From contig NC_086108.1 in NCBI RefSeq assembly GCF_963921235.1, positions 76,262,001 to 76,326,000 on the forward strand: a stretch of 64,000 nt of DNA, written 5' to 3'. The notes below the pieces were generated by a model, which saw nothing but the letters and a program-made list of their open reading frames with translations, did not search any database and was not told where the DNA came from. The stretch is from Mobula hypostoma (taxonomy: Eukaryota). Of this stretch, positions 61,008-64,000 are shown piece by piece; the first letter of the stretch is position 1, and the number at the start of each line of letters is the position of its first letter. A program made the position numbers and the translations under genes.

Positions 61008-61654
61008 AACATAATTATCATTAGCATCACTACAAAGATAGCAGAATACAAAAATCTGTTGCCTGTTTGAATATGCAAACTTCAAAATTACGTTCAATCA
61101 GTTTAATGGATGTGTAGCATATCTATGTACATTGCTTGACATCTAATATGTCATATGTATTACCTTGCATATGGGCAATCTGTGAAGAATCTTTAACAAA
61201 AATACCACATCTGTTTCCTCAACTCTAAGGTAAATCAATATGTACACGTGGGGAATGGACTTCATTAAATGTTAAACTTGCTGAGCACATACACCGAGAT
61301 AGAACTTGAAAGGGACTGCGGCTGTGGATGGATTGTGGTTAAGAAGAAGCCAAAGAGGACAACATTTAACCAAGATTAAACTCAGCATCCGCAGCTTTTG
61401 ATTTATAGTGACATTATTGATGCCTTTGATGAGGAAAGTAATTTGCGTATACTTTAATTTTTCATCATATCAGTTTGCACAATATTGGTTAGTAAGTCAA
61501 AAGAAAAAACATATTTTTCATTGGACCATTCTAATTGTTACACAATGAACCACTGCATATTTTACCATTTAGAGGTTCTTTCTCATAAGCATATCAGCTA
61601 TCCACCAATTTGATGTCATATGATTGGAGCAATCTATTGGATTGATATTGTTCA

Positions 61655-61870
61655 TTTATTTATTGAGATACAGCGTGGAACAGCTCTTTGAGCTATGCTG
61701 CCCAGCAATCCCTAATTTAATCCTAGCCTAATCATGGGACAATTTACAATGACCAATTAACCTATCAACCAGTACATCTTTTGGACTGTGGAGGAAACAG
61801 GAGCACCGAAAGGAAACCCCTGCAGTCACGGGGAGAACATACAAACTCCTTACAGAGAGCAGTGGGAAAG
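61655..61870 (-). mobile_element. V-SINE (HE1-like)
   Basis: tttattgagatacagcgtggaa..ggactgtggaggaaacaggagcaccg..gtcacggggagaacatacaaactcc. Confidence 0.85.
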
Positions 61871-64000
61871 GAATTGTATTGGAAAGGAAGGCATGTAGAG
61901 AGTAAGCAACAATTTGAGTTGGTAACTGTTTATAATCCAAATTAGGTAAATCAAATAAGAAAAAATAACTGCAAGGGAAAATATGCAACCTCCTTACAAA
62001 CTTTTTGATTATAAATTTATACCTAGATTTTTGCTTCATGTAGAACAAAATAGGGCAAAACCCAACATTCATTATCTGTCTTTGTATTTTGTAATTTGAA
62101 TAACAACCAACATAAGAATGTTAGAAAATTTCATTCATTAATTAACTATCTTTGGCTGAACTTTGAGGTGAGTTGGTGAAAGCAGGAATATAATTGGCTA
62201 ACATACAAAAACATTGTACGCTTATCCATCCATCTGTGAATTTGCATGTTTTGTTTCTGCTTTTTGCGGTTAGAGATCCTATGTGACCTTTTGCAGCTGT
62301 TCCTCAGTTAAATTCGTAATAAACTCATCATCACCAAAGGAGTATTTTACCTATTTTCAATTGAGTTTCCTCTTTTAAACCAAAGTCTTACACGTACACA
62401 TTTCAAGTTGAGAATCCCATACAGTATTTACTGGAAGTGAATGTAGCAGGATGTTTGAAAACATTGGCAGTCAATCAATCCTATATTAAAACTTATTTAA
62501 AATGTCAGACTCCTAAACCTACGTACACTTCTAATCATATTATTAAAATTATATTGCCTGCGTATTTCCAAATGAACTGTGCTACTGGGTAATATCATAT
62601 GTTGAACAGACAATATGAGCAGCTTGACTGAGGTATGCTTGTGACCTCATCAGTGGAATAGCCCACTGAGACCAGGATGATCCAAAAATGTCTATGTTAA
62701 CGTTCTAACGGTACATCTGTCTGCAGTAATAAAGACATAACATCATTAACTTAGTAAAGGAATAACTTATGGTCATTTTCACCATTTAGCAGAAGAAACA
62801 TTTCAATGTTAGACTTTTAATTAACACCGCAAAACACTTCTCCATTCCTCTACGTCTGGAGTCTGAAACTTATTAATAGATGGCACACCATGTATGTCAG
62901 AGTTTAGTTTTAACAAAGTTATTACCGAAAGATTAATCTTGTACGATTAAGCATGCTGAGCCCTGCAAGTTTAAGAGAGGATGTTAGCTGGAGTGTGAAC
63001 TCTAGAATGACAGCACTGGCTTTAAGTCAGTATTACATGCTGAACAAAATCATGATCTATCTGCTCAGCATTATTTCCAGTGGACATTTGCTGCACAGTA
63101 GTGCCCTCACTGGTATGGTAGCTGGGATGATTTGCCCCTCCTATTTGCTACTAAGAGGATTTTGGAGGTCTGAGAGCTTTAGCAATTATATAAAAAAAAG
63201 CACTAATTCCATTTCTTGCTGGAGCAGACTTATGGGTTTAAAATATTGCTTTTAAAATATGTGTGTATGTTAAATTTGCAAGACTGCTTCCATTTAATCT
63301 TGTTTGGATGACATTCAATGAGAATGTACTCATTTACTCCAGATGTGAAATTGGTTATCCACTGCTTGCCGCATAGATTATCAGTGATGTGAGCTTAGTG
63401 TCTGTGCTGGTTAGTAATAGCAATCAAATATAAGAGCAAGCACTTAATATCTAAATTAAGAGATATTCTGAATTTGCTTCTCTCACCCTGTTTAAGTAAA
63501 ACTGTGGAAAAACTGCAAGTACTTGTGAAATACAACATTGACATTAAAAGTAACGAAGAATAAAGATTTGCACTTCAGCATGTGTGAGAGAAAAAGAGAA
63601 AGGGAGCAGGTCTGGCAAATCTAAGGAACTGTAAAATCCCAACTTTATTCTGATGGAGAGAAAGATACATGAAATATAATGACTGACATGTATTTTAGAT
63701 ATGGATGGATGCAGTCATTGGTTCTGAGACCTGAGCGGAAAACAGGGAACTAAAACCCATTTTGCAGCGAAGGAGGTGAGGCATGGGTTACAAACTGTAA
63801 TAGGATGCAATAGATAGAATGATTACATTGGTACTATGATAGATTGTGAGGCAGTAAGATCTGTGATAGATTCAGATGTCTTCATTGTAATCAGAGGACT
63901 CCTGTTGCGATTTAGAGCTACAGATAACATTCAGGCCACCCAGAGTATAAGTTTGAATTACACTAAGTCAGAAACACATGGGTGCATCATGGGATACTGG

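Overview
AT-rich vertebrate non-coding DNA, most likely from a cartilaginous fish (ray or shark), inferred from the repeat content: HE1/V-SINEs, abundant CR1 and Rex1/Babar LINE fragments, and Penelope-like elements (PLEs). I found no convincing host protein-coding gene, and every recognisable ORF in the track is transposon-derived. Main content: (1) a young Neptune-type PLE (RT plus C-terminal GIY-YIG) at 91-2987 with a 15-bp TSD, an inverted copy of its own 3' end and a minimal hammerhead ribozyme motif in each arm; (2) scattered short PLE-tail insertions, several starting at or near the hammerhead core and some folded back into hairpins; (3) a near full-length IR/DR Tc1 element; (4) two copies of a composite nested hAT element, plus Tigger-like and hAT MITEs; (5) an L1/Tx1 3' fragment with a twin-priming-type 5' inversion; (6) TE-poor stretches that may hold conserved enhancers, and a few candidate small exons. 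Boundaries with a stated TSD or TIR were read base by base. Other repeat boundaries are approximate.
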